64,000 nt of DNA, from positions 16,489 to 80,488 of the IMG/VR virus record IMGVR_UViG_3300020576_001287; one strand, written 5' to 3'. The position numbers and the translations under genes are program-made. Shown one piece after another: positions 48,382 through 60,895 of the stretch. Below the pieces are notes generated by a model. It saw nothing but the letters and a program-made list of their open reading frames with translations. It did not search any database and was not told where the DNA came from. This DNA comes from a virus. Lineage: Duplodnaviria > Caudoviricetes. Positions within the stretch are counted from its first letter, which is position 1; each line of letters begins with the position of its first letter.

Positions 48382-50805
48382 ATGGAAAAGAAAACAGCAC
48401 AATTCCCTTACTTATTGGGAACAAATTTCATTGTCATGATTACCTGTTTATCAGACAGGGAGAAGGTAAATAAGCTTATGGATACATACCAGCTTAGTTT
48501 TTTGGCTACCGCAAATCATAATGATCTTATGGAATTATCTGAAGACGGCACGTATAGGCTATATTGTCATAATACTGGAGTAGTGACAACAGAGCCTAAA
48601 AATACTGCGTACCCTAATGTACTAAATGTGCGCGATTTTTGCGAACTAAAAGGTATTGCAGCAAGACCCACAGCACCTAAAAAATCAGTTGCAACACGTA
48701 CACTACCAGGCGCATTACTCATTGCCCAGGAGAGAGCAGAGCAGATTTTCAAACATGGCTACGATTTACAGCATGACTACAAACACTACTCTATAGAGGT
48801 GTTTAAAGCTGTGGTTATATCCATACTGGAAATGAACTATACCAAGTGGCCCAAGGATTCAATACCATTGGCTGTAGGTCAGAAGATAATACAAGGCACC
48901 ATGCTTAACCGACTGATTAAAGCCGGAGCATTTATAGCCGCTGCCATTGACTACATACACTACAAAGAGGCTACTAAGAACATGCCTATACGCTTTGAGC
49001 AGGATGAATCAGACTACCTTGCCCCTATTATGGATGCTATGGCCTCTTTCATGCCAGACAACATAGATGCTACCAAGGATACCTACAACCTGCTACCCAT
49101 CATGCATGAATCTCCTGAGCCTGATACTACCATTAAAGGCGTTATACAGCGTATGGAGTGGCTTATTAACCAAACCCCTACCGGCAGCACCCGTAATACC
49201 TTGTGTGATGCTAATATTTACCTGCGACAGCTTAAACATAAAACAGAGGCTATTGCTGCTAACGACTATAAAACAGTAGACATAGGCATAAATCCTGATG
49301 CCCTGCGTAAAGCTGAAAACATACAGGATAACATCTATATGAGTATGGGGGCATCTAAGGAGGGTGATACCGTATTTAACCAAGAAGTTATAGAGACTAA
49401 AATACGGGAGTGGCATAACTCCAATGATACAAGACCATTGCATGAATACTTAGGTATGTCTGCAAAAGAATACGGCAGTTACTTGGCATCACGCAAGGGT
49501 ACGGCTGGGGCCTTGCTTAAATTACTAGATGATGGTGAAGAGCTGATAAGTGACCTAACCGGTAAAAAACCACCATTAGGGTTACGCCCACAATGGTTGG
49601 TAGTATCAGAACGTATAAAGGAGATAACTGAAGCTATGGTACGCTACGGCAAAGATGCAAAGGCGGTGCCTGGTGAATGGATTGTAGAGCTGCGTAGTCT
49701 ACTTGATTGGCAGAGTAATAACAACCATAAGCTTGATCCTGATGGTCTTATGTGGGCAAAGGAGCTAGGGGGTTATACCAATCCTAAAACACGGGCATTT
49801 GCTGAAGAGTTCCCTAAAACTAGTCCTATACAAGAAGCCGACTTACATCTTACTGTAGGCCTGCAAAGCAAGGTAAAAACACTCAGGGAAGTGATACAAG
49901 GCCAAGATGAGAAAATAAGTACTCTCACGGAAGAGCTTGAAAAGTATAAAGCACTGGGTGACAGTAAAAACCCATATTATCTACCGGATAGCGTTTATGA
50001 TTCTATGAAAGCGGCATATCAAAAATACAGAGAATCTGATGATGACGATGATGAGGATACTTTTCAGGTTTTTGTAGAGAACCGTTTTAAGCCGTATGAA
50101 GATGAGTTGTGGGCTAACGACAGACTTTTTATCAGTCGGGCATACAATGTGTACCTAGAAAAGTGTACTGAGCATGGGGTAGCGGCTGAGACCTTTAAAG
50201 GCTGGGTGCGTAACAGTCTATCTGCAATATCTTTAATGCCTTGGATACGTAAAACACACGCTGACTATGTACGCTCACACAAAGGCGGTACAGATACTGA
50301 AGAGGGTATAATATCTTTGAGTCTAGATAAATGGCTGGAAGATAAGTTAACCCCAGCTCCGGCAGTTAAAGACCCATCAAGCTTACCTTTACAAGTAAGG
50401 CAAAAACTACGTGATTCTTACGATACTTTCAAAGGAAAGTATCCTACTGCACAATACACATACATAAGTTACATAAGTATGCTATTTGATAAGGTAGATA
50501 AAATACCACACTTCATAAATGTGGCCCAGAGAATATATATCAGCGACAAGTACGATGAGTATGTAGCAGAATGTGGTAAAAGGCAACTTAAAGTGGAGTC
50601 ATTTGACGAGTGGATAATTACTAACATACCTCGTAAGATTACCCGTGATCCACTTATGACAAAGCCAACAGTAAAAGCCGAGCTAACACCAGAAGAAATA
50701 GAAATGGTGCAGGTAATAAACGCTGTAGTACGGGATGAATACGATTTAACAGAGGGTAGTTTTGGTAGCTTACGTAACTTTATATCCGAGAGAATGTTAA
50801 AATAG
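48382..50805 (+). CDS. 807-aa mosaic hypothetical protein
   Basis: Long ORF that appears to be built from short modules. Confidence 0.7.
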   Translation: MEKKTAQFPYLLGTNFIVMITCLSDREKVNKLMDTYQLSFLATANHNDLMELSEDGTYRLYCHNTGVVTTEPKNTAYPNVLNVRDFCELKGIAARPTAPKKSVATRTLPGALLIAQERAEQIFKHGYDLQHDYKHYSIEVFKAVVISILEMNYTKWPKDSIPLAVGQKIIQGTMLNRLIKAGAFIAAAIDYIHYKEATKNMPIRFEQDESDYLAPIMDAMASFMPDNIDATKDTYNLLPIMHESPEPDTTIKGVIQRMEWLINQTPTGSTRNTLCDANIYLRQLKHKTEAIAANDYKTVDIGINPDALRKAENIQDNIYMSMGASKEGDTVFNQEVIETKIREWHNSNDTRPLHEYLGMSAKEYGSYLASRKGTAGALLKLLDDGEELISDLTGKKPPLGLRPQWLVVSERIKEITEAMVRYGKDAKAVPGEWIVELRSLLDWQSNNNHKLDPDGLMWAKELGGYTNPKTRAFAEEFPKTSPIQEADLHLTVGLQSKVKTLREVIQGQDEKISTLTEELEKYKALGDSKNPYYLPDSVYDSMKAAYQKYRESDDDDDEDTFQVFVENRFKPYEDELWANDRLFISRAYNVYLEKCTEHGVAAETFKGWVRNSLSAISLMPWIRKTHADYVRSHKGGTDTEEGIISLSLDKWLEDKLTPAPAVKDPSSLPLQVRQKLRDSYDTFKGKYPTAQYTYISYISMLFDKVDKIPHFINVAQRIYISDKYDEYVAECGKRQLKVESFDEWIITNIPRKITRDPLMTKPTVKAELTPEEIEMVQVINAVVRDEYDLTEGSFGSLRNFISERMLK

Positions 50806-50845
50806 CATACCTTTACACCACTGTATGTTGTATTTGTTTTCTTCC

Positions 50846-50880
50846 AACCCCCCGTAGTTCATACCTGCGGGGGTTTTTAT
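50846..50880 (+). terminator. Intrinsic terminator
   Basis: AACCCCCCGTAG...CTGCGGGGGTT plus T-run. Confidence 0.75.
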
Positions 50881-50902
50881 TTTGATAAACAGCAGAATTT
50901 TA

Positions 50903-50933
50903 TTTGGTTATTTGAATTAGTTAATTACTTTTG
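50903..50933 (+). promoter_or_regulatory. Promoter TTTG-N19-TACTTTTG
   Basis: Exact Bacteroidota consensus. Confidence 0.7.
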
Positions 50934-50959
50934 TATCCAATCAAATAAACGGTACGATT

Positions 50960-51331
50960 ATGAAACACAGCAGAATTATTACCCTAGCAGCAGTGCTGTT
51001 CTTGGGTATCTGCCTGTTCTCATCGCCTCCTGTGAGGGCTGAGGACGTAGGCAAAAACGAGCAAACGGTAAAGGCTACTACCCAGCCGCTCCTGACTTAC
51101 GATTACGTAATACTGGAAGCAGGGTACACACCTACAGAGCTTGCGCAGATCAGAACAAAAGTAAACACCGGCACACTCAACCAGGCTGTATGCCTGAAGC
51201 CGCAAACAACCAGTACGGCAGTTGGTCGTACCATTTGTAGACGGTTGTTAAACGGTGTTATTTATTTGACCTGTTATAAGTTTATATCCGACAGCATCAC
51301 CGGTTTGCACATTGATCCTGGTCTGTGTTAA
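50960..51331 (+). CDS. Secreted hypothetical protein, monocistronic
   Basis: MKHSRIITLAAVLFLGICLFSSPPVRA| signal peptide. Confidence 0.6.
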   Translation: MKHSRIITLAAVLFLGICLFSSPPVRAEDVGKNEQTVKATTQPLLTYDYVILEAGYTPTELAQIRTKVNTGTLNQAVCLKPQTTSTAVGRTICRRLLNGVIYLTCYKFISDSITGLHIDPGLC

Positions 51332-51363
51332 TCACCCGCTATAATTTATCAAGTTTCTACATT

Positions 51364-51390
51364 AGCCCCTGTGTCCTAAGCGCAGGGGCT
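51364..51390. terminator. Hairpin after the secreted-protein gene
   Basis: AGCCCCTG...CAGGGGCT. Confidence 0.6.
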
Positions 51391-51472
51391 AACTGTTTAT
51401 AGGGGTATCAGCATTATCTATATTACCGTATACGCAGCCTACATATCTTTGTGCCAACAAAAACAAATAACA

Positions 51473-53745
51473 ATGAATGAAGATTGGGTTTATGAGTTTA
51501 GGGGTATTTTCACTAACCCTATAGTAGCTAGTGTAACGGGTTTTATTATAAAGTCAGATGTAATAGGCTTAAAGGCTACTGAAATTCGTCAAGGGCAAAA
51601 AACAGTATTACTACCAATGGTAATAGAAGGGGTAGAGAAAAAACTACGTGAGGTCTATGGTATAGACACTGTTAAAATACTAACTATACAAACTTGGCGT
51701 TCTGAAGACAAAGGCAAAACATTTTATCCGATAATACCTTAGAGCATAACTATGACAAGAATATTAGAAGTAGCCGGAACTGCGATTAACCCAATAAGTA
51801 TATACAGCATTAGCCCTATACGGGATATGCGGCATGGTATGGGGTTTGAGTTTGTGGTAACCCTTACAAATAACGAAAAAATAACCTGTAGTGAGACTGT
51901 GGCAGACGATGTAAGTCGTAAGGGCCGATACTCCACAAACCCAGCGGATAAGCAGATAATTTCAGAAGCTTTAGAATACGTTAAAAGCTCCATACACAAT
52001 AACAGAGAGTTTATTAAAACCTGCTGGCAATCAGCATTAAACGAGCAAAAACATGGCAACAGTTAAAGTAACCGCAGCAGTAGCTGCATACGCAAGAGAA
52101 CAGGGGTTATTAGCTGCTGAAGAGGCTGCAATGTCTGATAAAGACTTAGCCCAGCATCTTAACAAGATAGAACAGGCAGAAACGCTGGCCCTATTGGTTA
52201 AGTGCTACATATACAATGCCATTGACCAGGCAAGGGAACGCAAGGATAAGTTACTACAGCCTACCATTAACTTTACTCAGTGGGTTAACGATAATGTGGT
52301 TATTCTCAATGATACCCTTTTTCTACACAAGGGAGAAACCTACACTAACAGAGTTATGTATGAGGTATATTTAAAAGCTGTAGATACTTCATTTACCCCC
52401 GCCCCTTCCCCTTACAGTCAGCTATTAAACAGTTAAAAAAATAATCATACAGCCATGCAGCAAAATCAAAATCTCACGTACACTAAAGTAACTTTTGAGG
52501 ACAAAGGACAGGACTTTTTAACCTTCCTTATTGAGTTCTACCCAGACTACCAATATGGTACAGTTGTAGCAGTTGATCCCGCTTTCCAATACAGTGTATG
52601 GGTAGGGCAAATTGTGCTGTCCGGCAAGCCTGCTAAGGGCAAATACCTTGCTGTAAGTAAGTCTCCTAAAGATGCTGTAACCACCATTAAGTATAAAATG
52701 GAAAAGGTGGAGCATGGTATAGAATTGGAACTATACCATCTAACCAGGTACGACCCGCAAGAGTACGGATATATAGAAGCTGCGATAGTAGCTGCTACGG
52801 ATCAAGAGGATGCCTTAGTAGTACTACGTAGTGATAATAATAGCCGGTTTGCGGAGTTAGCAGATAGCCCAGAAACGGTTATTCATCATGTGGGTACTGC
52901 CAATAACAAACAACGAAGAGGGGTAATTACTTCCAGTACTTGTGCGGAATAGTTAAATCTTATACCCCTATCAACAATACTAATACCTAATAATTTAAAG
53001 TTACTTTACTTTTGACTTATGAACAACTGCATACCTTGTGAGACACCTAAAACACCACTTGAAGCGGCTAGGCTAATGCAGCATCATTTGAACAATGTCA
53101 TAGCCGATCTGGATACACTTAACCGTATGGATAAAATCGGGTTAACTTCAGCAGGTTTTGAAGCCGTTAGAGATAACGTAACTGAACGTATGGCAAGTAA
53201 TGCTATGCACCTTACAGGGGCTTATAAAACCCTAGCTGATTTATACAATAAGGAAGTGTATGCTAAAGAGGATTATAAACCATTCACAACCAACATACCG
53301 GTATGATGCAGCTAAAGCCCTTTACCACCAAGACAGAGCCGGTAACATCTACCAGACTATTCCCAGCTACCATACTGTATATAGCTGGTCAGGAGGTAGG
53401 GTATATTACCCGCAACCTAGCCGGTTTAAAGTCTGGAAGTATCAGCTATGCTTTTATATGGAAAATGCAGATAGGTTTTGATAAGCTAGTAGGGAATGAT
53501 CCTGAAGCATTGAAAGAAGATGCTATAAACAAATTTCGTAGCTTTATAAATTCAGTTTTAGAATGAATCAGGCCACTATAAATAATTACGGATATGTATG
53601 CCCTGTTAAAGGTTGTGTTAAAAAGCACAATCGCAGGTTTAGTAGTTGTAGAGGGCTAGTTAATCACATGTTATCTTGTCATGGTGAGGCAGAAGTTGTA
53701 AAAAGATTGCGATGTAAAAAAGAAAGGCGAGGTTGTCCAGGATAA
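51473..53745 (+). other. Small hypothetical CDS: 51473-51742, 51752-52066, 52053-52436, 52455-52952, 53019-53306, 53303-53566, 53563-53745
   Basis: Co-oriented, tightly packed ORFs with A-rich leaders. Confidence 0.6.
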
Positions 53746-53757
53746 TTTAATTACCCA

Positions 53758-53793
53758 GGATGCAGGTTTAAACTACCTGCCGCCTTTTTTTTT
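53758..53793 (+). terminator. Intrinsic terminator
   Basis: GCAGGT-TTAAACT-ACCTGC plus long T-run. Confidence 0.65.
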
Positions 53794-53958
53794 ATTTATA
53801 TTTAAAATAGTGGGTTCGCTAATGAACGGAGGTCTAAAGATTGAACAAAAGCTTTAGAAGTCTATTACCCTAGGGAGTTGTGCGCTAATCAGCTTACAAG
53901 GTGTTACGGTGGCCGGAGAAAGCACAATAACCGTATTTTTGCTTAAAGTAACTTTATT

Positions 53959-54612
53959 ATGACACCAGCACAATTTGAACAGGTTAAAGCGTTTGTATCA
54001 AGCCCAGACGATTACGAGCATTTGCATGGCTGTGCTGTGCCTGTTACATCTGCCGGTGTACCTTTAGGCACTTACATAATAAACAACAAACAGACTAAGC
54101 CAATAGACTATTTTATAAATGGTGAAAACATTTGTGATAGTCACTACAGCGTTATCCATAACATTCAGTTATACAAACGTAAAATAGGTGCAAAAGAAGT
54201 TGAATCTTTAAATATTACGCAATGAAAAAAGTATCTGTATTATTAGGCTTTTCTGCTTTATTGATCCTGCTTCTGTGGGTTAGCCTGTTTTCAGTTGTCC
54301 ACATGATTCACGTAAAAGCAAAACAACAACATGAAAAAACCAGCAAGTAAGACAACACAAAGCCCAGAAGTTAAAAACGTGGTTATTCCTGCCATACTGC
54401 CCCCAAAACCGCTATCTGATATAGTTCAGAAGCGCAAAGAATGGGAGAAGAAATATTGTTATTGGCTAAATAGGAAAAATCGGTTTGCTGAAAAGCTTTT
54501 ATCTAAAGGTCGTACCACTGAAGCTAGCCCAAAGTACCAGGAGCTGGCAGCAAAAGTAAAGGAGTATTGGCAATTACTACACGACACAAAACCCAAGTAT
54601 ACACCGTTATGA
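53959..54612 (+). other. Small CDS: 53959-54225, 54222-54335 (TM peptide), 54331-54612
   Basis: Coupled ORFs. Confidence 0.5.
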
Positions 54613-55079
54613 AAATAGTAATAGTTGGTAAAGGTGGATCAGGTAAAACACACCTACAGGATACATTTACAAAGCAGGGGTTTAAGCACGAGATAAGCCA
54701 TACTACCAGACCACCCAGGGCCGGAGAAATAGGCGGCAAAGATTATCATTTTGTTTCCCCTGAAGAGTTTATAAACCTTAAAGATATAGGCTTTTTTCAA
54801 GAAACGGCGGTTTTCAATGGTTGGCATTACGGCACAAGTCTCTACGCCTGGAATAGGGGAGAAGTATTTGTAAAAACCCCTGCCGGAGTAAGGCAGATAA
54901 AACCAGAAGACCGTAAAAAATGCCTGATTATATTCCTAGACATACCGGAGTATATTTTACGTGAAAGATTGGCTAAAAGGGGTGATACTGATAGTGCTAA
55001 TAGGCGAATGGAAGCTGATCGCATAGACTTTGCTAATTTTACAGACTTTGATATTCGTATAACAAACCCAGACTTTTAA
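54609..55079 (+). CDS. gmk: Guanylate kinase-like protein
   Basis: GKGGSGKT; SHTTRPPRAGEIGGKDYHFVS; FNGWHYGT. Confidence 0.9.
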   Translation: MKIVIVGKGGSGKTHLQDTFTKQGFKHEISHTTRPPRAGEIGGKDYHFVSPEEFINLKDIGFFQETAVFNGWHYGTSLYAWNRGEVFVKTPAGVRQIKPEDRKKCLIIFLDIPEYILRERLAKRGDTDSANRRMEADRIDFANFTDFDIRITNPDF

Positions 55080-55080
55080 A

Positions 55081-55631
55081 ATGCCTTTAGTATCTCAAAA
55101 AACCACTGCAACATTTAAGCAGTACGGAAAAGAAAAGAAGATAGTTTTTGCTGGTAGCGTTGCCCAGGCTTTAACTGTAATAGATAAGCTATACCCATCG
55201 TATTGCTGTTTTAAAGGTACTACTTTGAGTTGTAGAATGTCTGCCGGTGGTAACTATACCATAACCGATGTATTAACCGGAAAAGTAGAGCATGAGGCCC
55301 GTAATACTCTTTAGCATCTATACCCCAATAACTTTTATCAATACTAAAGTAGCTTTAACCAGGCTACTTTTGTTTTTATTATAAACAACTAAAAACATTT
55401 ATAGTTATGCAACATTTTAAAATAGGACAAAGAGTAAAAGTATCTGAAGCAAACGACAATGATAATTATGCCAGTTTTCGTAATGTTGTTTTAATGGTAG
55501 TATCTGGTGGTAACTCAGGCCCAGGTTATGATACAAGTATGTACCCAGAATATTTGTACGACCTTAAAAATGCAGAAACTGGAGAGTTTATTGACTGTGC
55601 TTTATATGACTATGAATTAACCGCAGCATAA
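55081..55631 (+). other. Two small CDS: 55081-55314 and 55407-55631
   Basis: ORFs; the second follows a cassette promoter. Confidence 0.55.
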
Positions 55632-55633
55632 GC

Positions 55634-56290
55634 ATGACTGAAAATAAATACATAGCTTATTATCGTGTTAGTACACAGAAACAGGGCCAATCCGGCTTAG
55701 GCTTAGATGCCCAGAAAACAACGGTAAATACTTTCCTAAAAGGTATAACCCCAATAGCTGAATTTACCGATATAGAAAGCGGTAAAAGTAATACCAGACC
55801 GGAGCTGCAAAAAGCATTATCAAAATGTATTTCTGAAAATGGTATTTTACTAATTGCAAAGCTGGATCGTTTGAGCAGAAATTTAACCTTTATATCTACC
55901 TTAATGGATAATAAAGTTAGGTTTATTTGCTGCGATATGCCAGACGCTAACGAAATGACTATACATATTTTTGCATCGTTAGCACAATGGGAACGTAAGA
56001 AAATAAGTGAACGTACTACCAATGCATTGCAGGAGCTAAAGAAACGAGGTGTAAAGCTCGGTAATCCCCAAAATTTAACTACTTCAGCCAGGGCAGCAGG
56101 AGCAGCAGCAGTAAGCAAAAAAGCAGCAGAAAACCCCAATAATAAGCAGGCAGCATACGTAATAAAATTGCTGCAAAGTACCGGTAAATCTTTAACAGAA
56201 ATTGCCAAAGAATTAAACGAAGCTGGTTATAAAACCTCCCAGGGCAAAGAGTTTAAACCGATGCAAGTTAGTAGGCTAATAAAGCAGTAA
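55634..56290 (+). CDS. Small serine recombinase (resolvase/invertase family) with C-terminal HTH
   Basis: YYRVST catalytic Ser motif; ESGK..RPEL; AKLDRLSR; AQWER..ISERT. Confidence 0.93.
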   Translation: MTENKYIAYYRVSTQKQGQSGLGLDAQKTTVNTFLKGITPIAEFTDIESGKSNTRPELQKALSKCISENGILLIAKLDRLSRNLTFISTLMDNKVRFICCDMPDANEMTIHIFASLAQWERKKISERTTNALQELKKRGVKLGNPQNLTTSARAAGAAAVSKKAAENPNNKQAAYVIKLLQSTGKSLTEIAKELNEAGYKTSQGKEFKPMQVSRLIKQ

Positions 56291-58251
56291 CTATAGCCCA
56301 ATAAATTTTATCAATACTAAAGTAGTTTTAACCAGCTTACTTTTGCTTTATCATTAACAACTAAAATATACAAGTTATGAAAGCAGAACTTTTGCAGTTA
56401 GCACACGATTTAAAAAACGAAGGTTTTACCGTAATAGTGCCTACGGAAAAAGATGGTAAACATTACAACTGGTTTAAGTTTACAGACGGCAAAAACTTTG
56501 CTTCTGTAAGTGATGGAATTTGTGGCGGACTATCTTACAGTAGGGTACATAAACCAAACAAAGACAGCGGTACTGGCGTAATGACTTCACCTACTCAATG
56601 CGAATCGGCTAGCCTTGAGTTAGCAAAACAAGCTTTAAAATATCCGGATTGGTTCCGGCCTAATATTACACCAGTACAATATACTAGTGTTGAAGATTTT
56701 ATAAATGCTAGCCATAATAAATGGTGCAACTATACTATTTTGTAAACTAACTAAAAAACCGTAACAAAATGCCAAAAGTAAAAAATGATAAAAATTTTGA
56801 TTTAGGTAATTTAGGGAGATTCCCAAACTTCAGTGCAACCGGTAGTATTAAGGGTATGAAGAAAAAGTATTATGGAAAAGATGCTTTGCTGATAAAGCAA
56901 GGATCATATATTTACAATGTATCCAGCGAACCGGAAATTTATAATAACTTAAAATAATTTTCAAAATGTCTTATATAAAACACATAGTAACAGGATCAAA
57001 CCCAGGGCAGCAGTTTTGCGAAAAATGCGGTAGAAATTTAAACAGTGGTCCTACAGAATTACTACCAATTGGGGATATTTGGATTCATGAAAACGGCAAA
57101 ATATTTTCTTCTGTTTATCCTACCGGACAGTATACAACCGCCTGCAAAAAATTACAGGCACCGGAATAAAATTAAAATACTTTTGTTTAAAATGCCTACC
57201 ATGTGTGGGCATTTTTCATTTATAGTAAAAACCTATAGGGTAATAGATTAATAGCATTTTGTTTGCTGGTTTTACGCTTTACTTTTGCTTTATCATTAAC
57301 AACTAAAAACAAATAAAATGCGGACAGTAATAGACAATAATCAAAGAGTATTCCAGGTAGTAACCAGTACCGGAAAACAGGCATTTTGTAACCTCACAGA
57401 CCTTAACAAAGTTGTGGCAGAATTAGACACTAATCCAGATTATTTTGTTATTAACCATGTTTTTAATAATAGCCTGCATAAAATGGGTAAAAAGGCCCTG
57501 CGTGATATGTTCGCAGCCCACCGAATAAAAATGGAATTTGTTTATTAATCCCAAACCAGTTTTTAACAAAAATTCAAAATTTATTTTATGTTTCAATATT
57601 TGGAAATTGTAGAGTTGGCAAACGGGAATTTGCAAATTTCTTTAACTGCTGAGGGCAAAGAGTTTTTAACAGAAAAGCAAGAGGATAATTATTTTACCTG
57701 TGGCTGGTTTGATCTTATGGAAAACTACGCCTGCAATGGTAGCTATAGCCCCACAGATAGTAGCGAAATAGGGGGATTAACTGAAGCCCCTATTATATTG
57801 AGCTGCAAAGATGTTGACGATAACGGAGCGGTAATAATACACCCAGACACAAAAATTTGGTACTATAATGAATACATGATTAATGACCCTTTTGCGGTTT
57901 TGCTGTCTGGTGATCCGGTTATATTTACGCTATATTTTGAACCAGTAAAAGCTACCAGGGCAGACATGAAAATACTAAATATTTTAGGGCCTAAAGGCTG
58001 GATTCCTGAGTTTTCAAGTTCAGACAAAAGATATAAAAGAACGGATTTATATAACGATAAATCAAAATTTCCACACGATAATATTTCTTATCGTAAAGGT
58101 AATAAAGCCTTGTGGATAGCTCGCCCATTTTATGAGAGTGACGGCAAAATACTTCAGTATGCGGAACTGGTGGATAATGCCTGGAGTCTAGCTATACAAT
58201 TAAATATAGATGATATACAAAGCAATAAAGTACCGCAATTAAAATAGTTTA

Positions 58252-58279
58252 AAGGCTGCAACATTTGCAGCCTTTTTTA
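58252..58279 (+). terminator. Intrinsic terminator
   Basis: AGGCTGCAA-CAT-TTGCAGCCT plus T-run. Confidence 0.8.
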
Positions 58280-59170
58280 TGCTATAGGCCCAGGCTATAC
58301 ACCAATAGATTTTTACAATTTTGTTTTTTATTTTATCCTCATACTTTTGCTAAATACTTAACAACTAAAATTTATCAAAATGCTACAGACAAAAAAGAAT
58401 GTTCAGGAATTGACAGCGTATGAACTTTTAAACGGTTTGCGCCAATACTTTTTAAAATCTCATGGCATGGCATATACACAGCCTGTATACACTCTAGCGG
58501 AATTACAGGCAGAAAAAGCCCGTAGGGATGAGATAACCGGTAAACCTTTAACCGGTCAGGAGCAAATAAATTTCATTGCTGCCAATGCTGAAGTATTAAA
58601 GGATCACGATACAAAAGAATTGTATCAAATGGCCTTTGAAAGAGTGCTAACTAAGGCTTTACCTTATACCTCGTTTCACTACGGGAAAAATTACATGATA
58701 GATAAATTTCATGTTAATTTTAATCACACTATAGAACACAATAAAAACCGGTTTGAAACATTTTTAAAAATGTTGGGTATTGACATTTATTTGTTTGGCC
58801 TGTATAATAATCATAATCATTTATTTGATTCTGATTACTTCCGTAGATCAGATAAACCAAATACTTTTGTTAACGCTAAATTGGACAACCTTGTAAATTT
58901 TCTAATTACGTTAACCACCGGACAGCAAACCGAGGATTTAAAACAATGCCATGAATTTATGGCAGCTAATAACCTGGAGCATAAACAAGCAAAATATAAA
59001 TTTACAATATCCGGTTTGACTGTAGAAGGTTTTGTAAATGGTAATATTAAAATTACTGGGTTAACCGAGGAAAACAATAAACTAATTGACGGGCTACTTA
59101 ATATAAAGCATTTAATATATAAGAATTGGCAGGAATCCAAATAAACGCCTTTTAAAGTAACTTTAATTAA

Positions 59171-59200
59171 TCCCCTACTTTTCACCAGGTAGGGGATTTT
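59171..59200 (+). terminator. Intrinsic terminator
   Basis: TCCCCTAC...GTAGGGGA plus T-run. Confidence 0.75.
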
Positions 59201-60868
59201 TGTAGTTATAGCTAAAATCTATTACCCTATAAATTTATCGTGTTGGCATGGTTTAAAATACCTTTTACTTTTGCTTTATCATTAACAACTAAACTACTTT
59301 TAAAATGAATCAGATTACACTAGTAAAAGCAAACGGATATAGAGACGACAAACCAGTAACCGACAAAGAATATAAACTACTAAATGGAACATACTTTGAT
59401 GGAAATACGCCGGACACAGTATGTTTTATATTGTCTTCAGCTATGCAAACACGCCAACGGTTAAAAATATATAATGGAGATTCCACCACCGGAAAAGATT
59501 GGATGGAAGAACATGGTAAATATATAACCGTAGGACGTAGCACCGGCACAATTAAAATACCTTTGGCAATACTCACAGTAAAAAGTTACGGTGGTGGTAG
59601 TTTGTTGGAAGATTGTATAGTTAAGATAGTGGATAAAAAAACAGGTGTGCTATTATATCAGCATGCAAACTACACACCAGGAACAACAGAAATAAAAGAA
59701 AATATGGATCCGGCATTATCGGAGTATTCACATGTTTTATATGTAAATGGTGAATTATATTCGAGGCATAAAACATTAAAATCAGCGAAGCAATTAAAAG
59801 CAAAATTATCATAGGCTTATAGCCCTATAAATTTTATCTATTTTCATTTATCATTCTTACAAGTACTTTTGTTTCTCATTCTTAACAACTAACTAAAATT
59901 ACTTTTTATGTCTACAATTAACCAGGCTACACAGTACAAAGAAAAATTTTCTACCATTAAAGAGATAGCAGAATTAAACGCTATTAACGGTGGTAAATGG
60001 TTTACACCCGATAATATGGCTTTTTTTAATACCTTTATACATGGTGACCTGATAAAAGGCCGGTACTTTATTACTTCAAACTATCCAAAGGATCAGCCAG
60101 AAAATAAAGCATATTCTTTGCACATGGCTAAGAATTGCGGTAGTATAGAAACAATTTTTGATTTTAATTGCTTTGCTACTTTGGCCCAGGCTAAAAAGGC
60201 TTTAAAAGAATTGCCTAAAGAATTTTACCAGGCATTTACATGCGCTCACACAGAATACACCACCGGCAAAAGTTCCGGTATGGGTTTTATGTCTCATGCG
60301 GAAATTGAGCTAACAAACACCACCAATGGAGGTATAAAATATAGTTTAGACTCTTTTACTGGTGCCTGTTCTTACATTGCTTTGAATTGGCAAAAATTAG
60401 GGTTTAATTTTGTGGAGACCTTAATACAAGATTCTGAAGTATTTAACCCAGATATTGCAGAAATTACCAAACATTATGAAATTTGCGCTTTATGGGCATC
60501 TTACGATATTAGAGAAGACGAAAAGGAAGTAAATTTGGATACTGTTTGCACCATTGAAGACATAACACCGGCACAACATAAAAAGCATATTGATATTGTT
60601 ACCAGGTTTGTAAAAGATAACCTTTATACTTTGATTCAGTCACGTTTACCAATTGGGGAAATAGGACATTCTTTATGGCTGTCTCAAAATGGGCATGGTA
60701 GTGGATTCTTTGACCAGTCTTTAGCCCCATATTATGTGGATCAGGCTATTTGTGATACCTTACAAGCCCAGGCCGGAAAGATACCGGAAATTACCCTTTA
60801 CATAAATGATACTAACCAAATAGACGGTTTATAAAATTTAGTTGTTAATACCTTTTAAACCTTATCAG

Positions 60869-60895
60869 AATCCCGCTAATGTAGCGGGATTTTTT
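60869..60895 (+). terminator. Intrinsic terminator
   Basis: AATCCCGCTA-ATG-TAGCGGGATT plus T-run. Confidence 0.8.
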
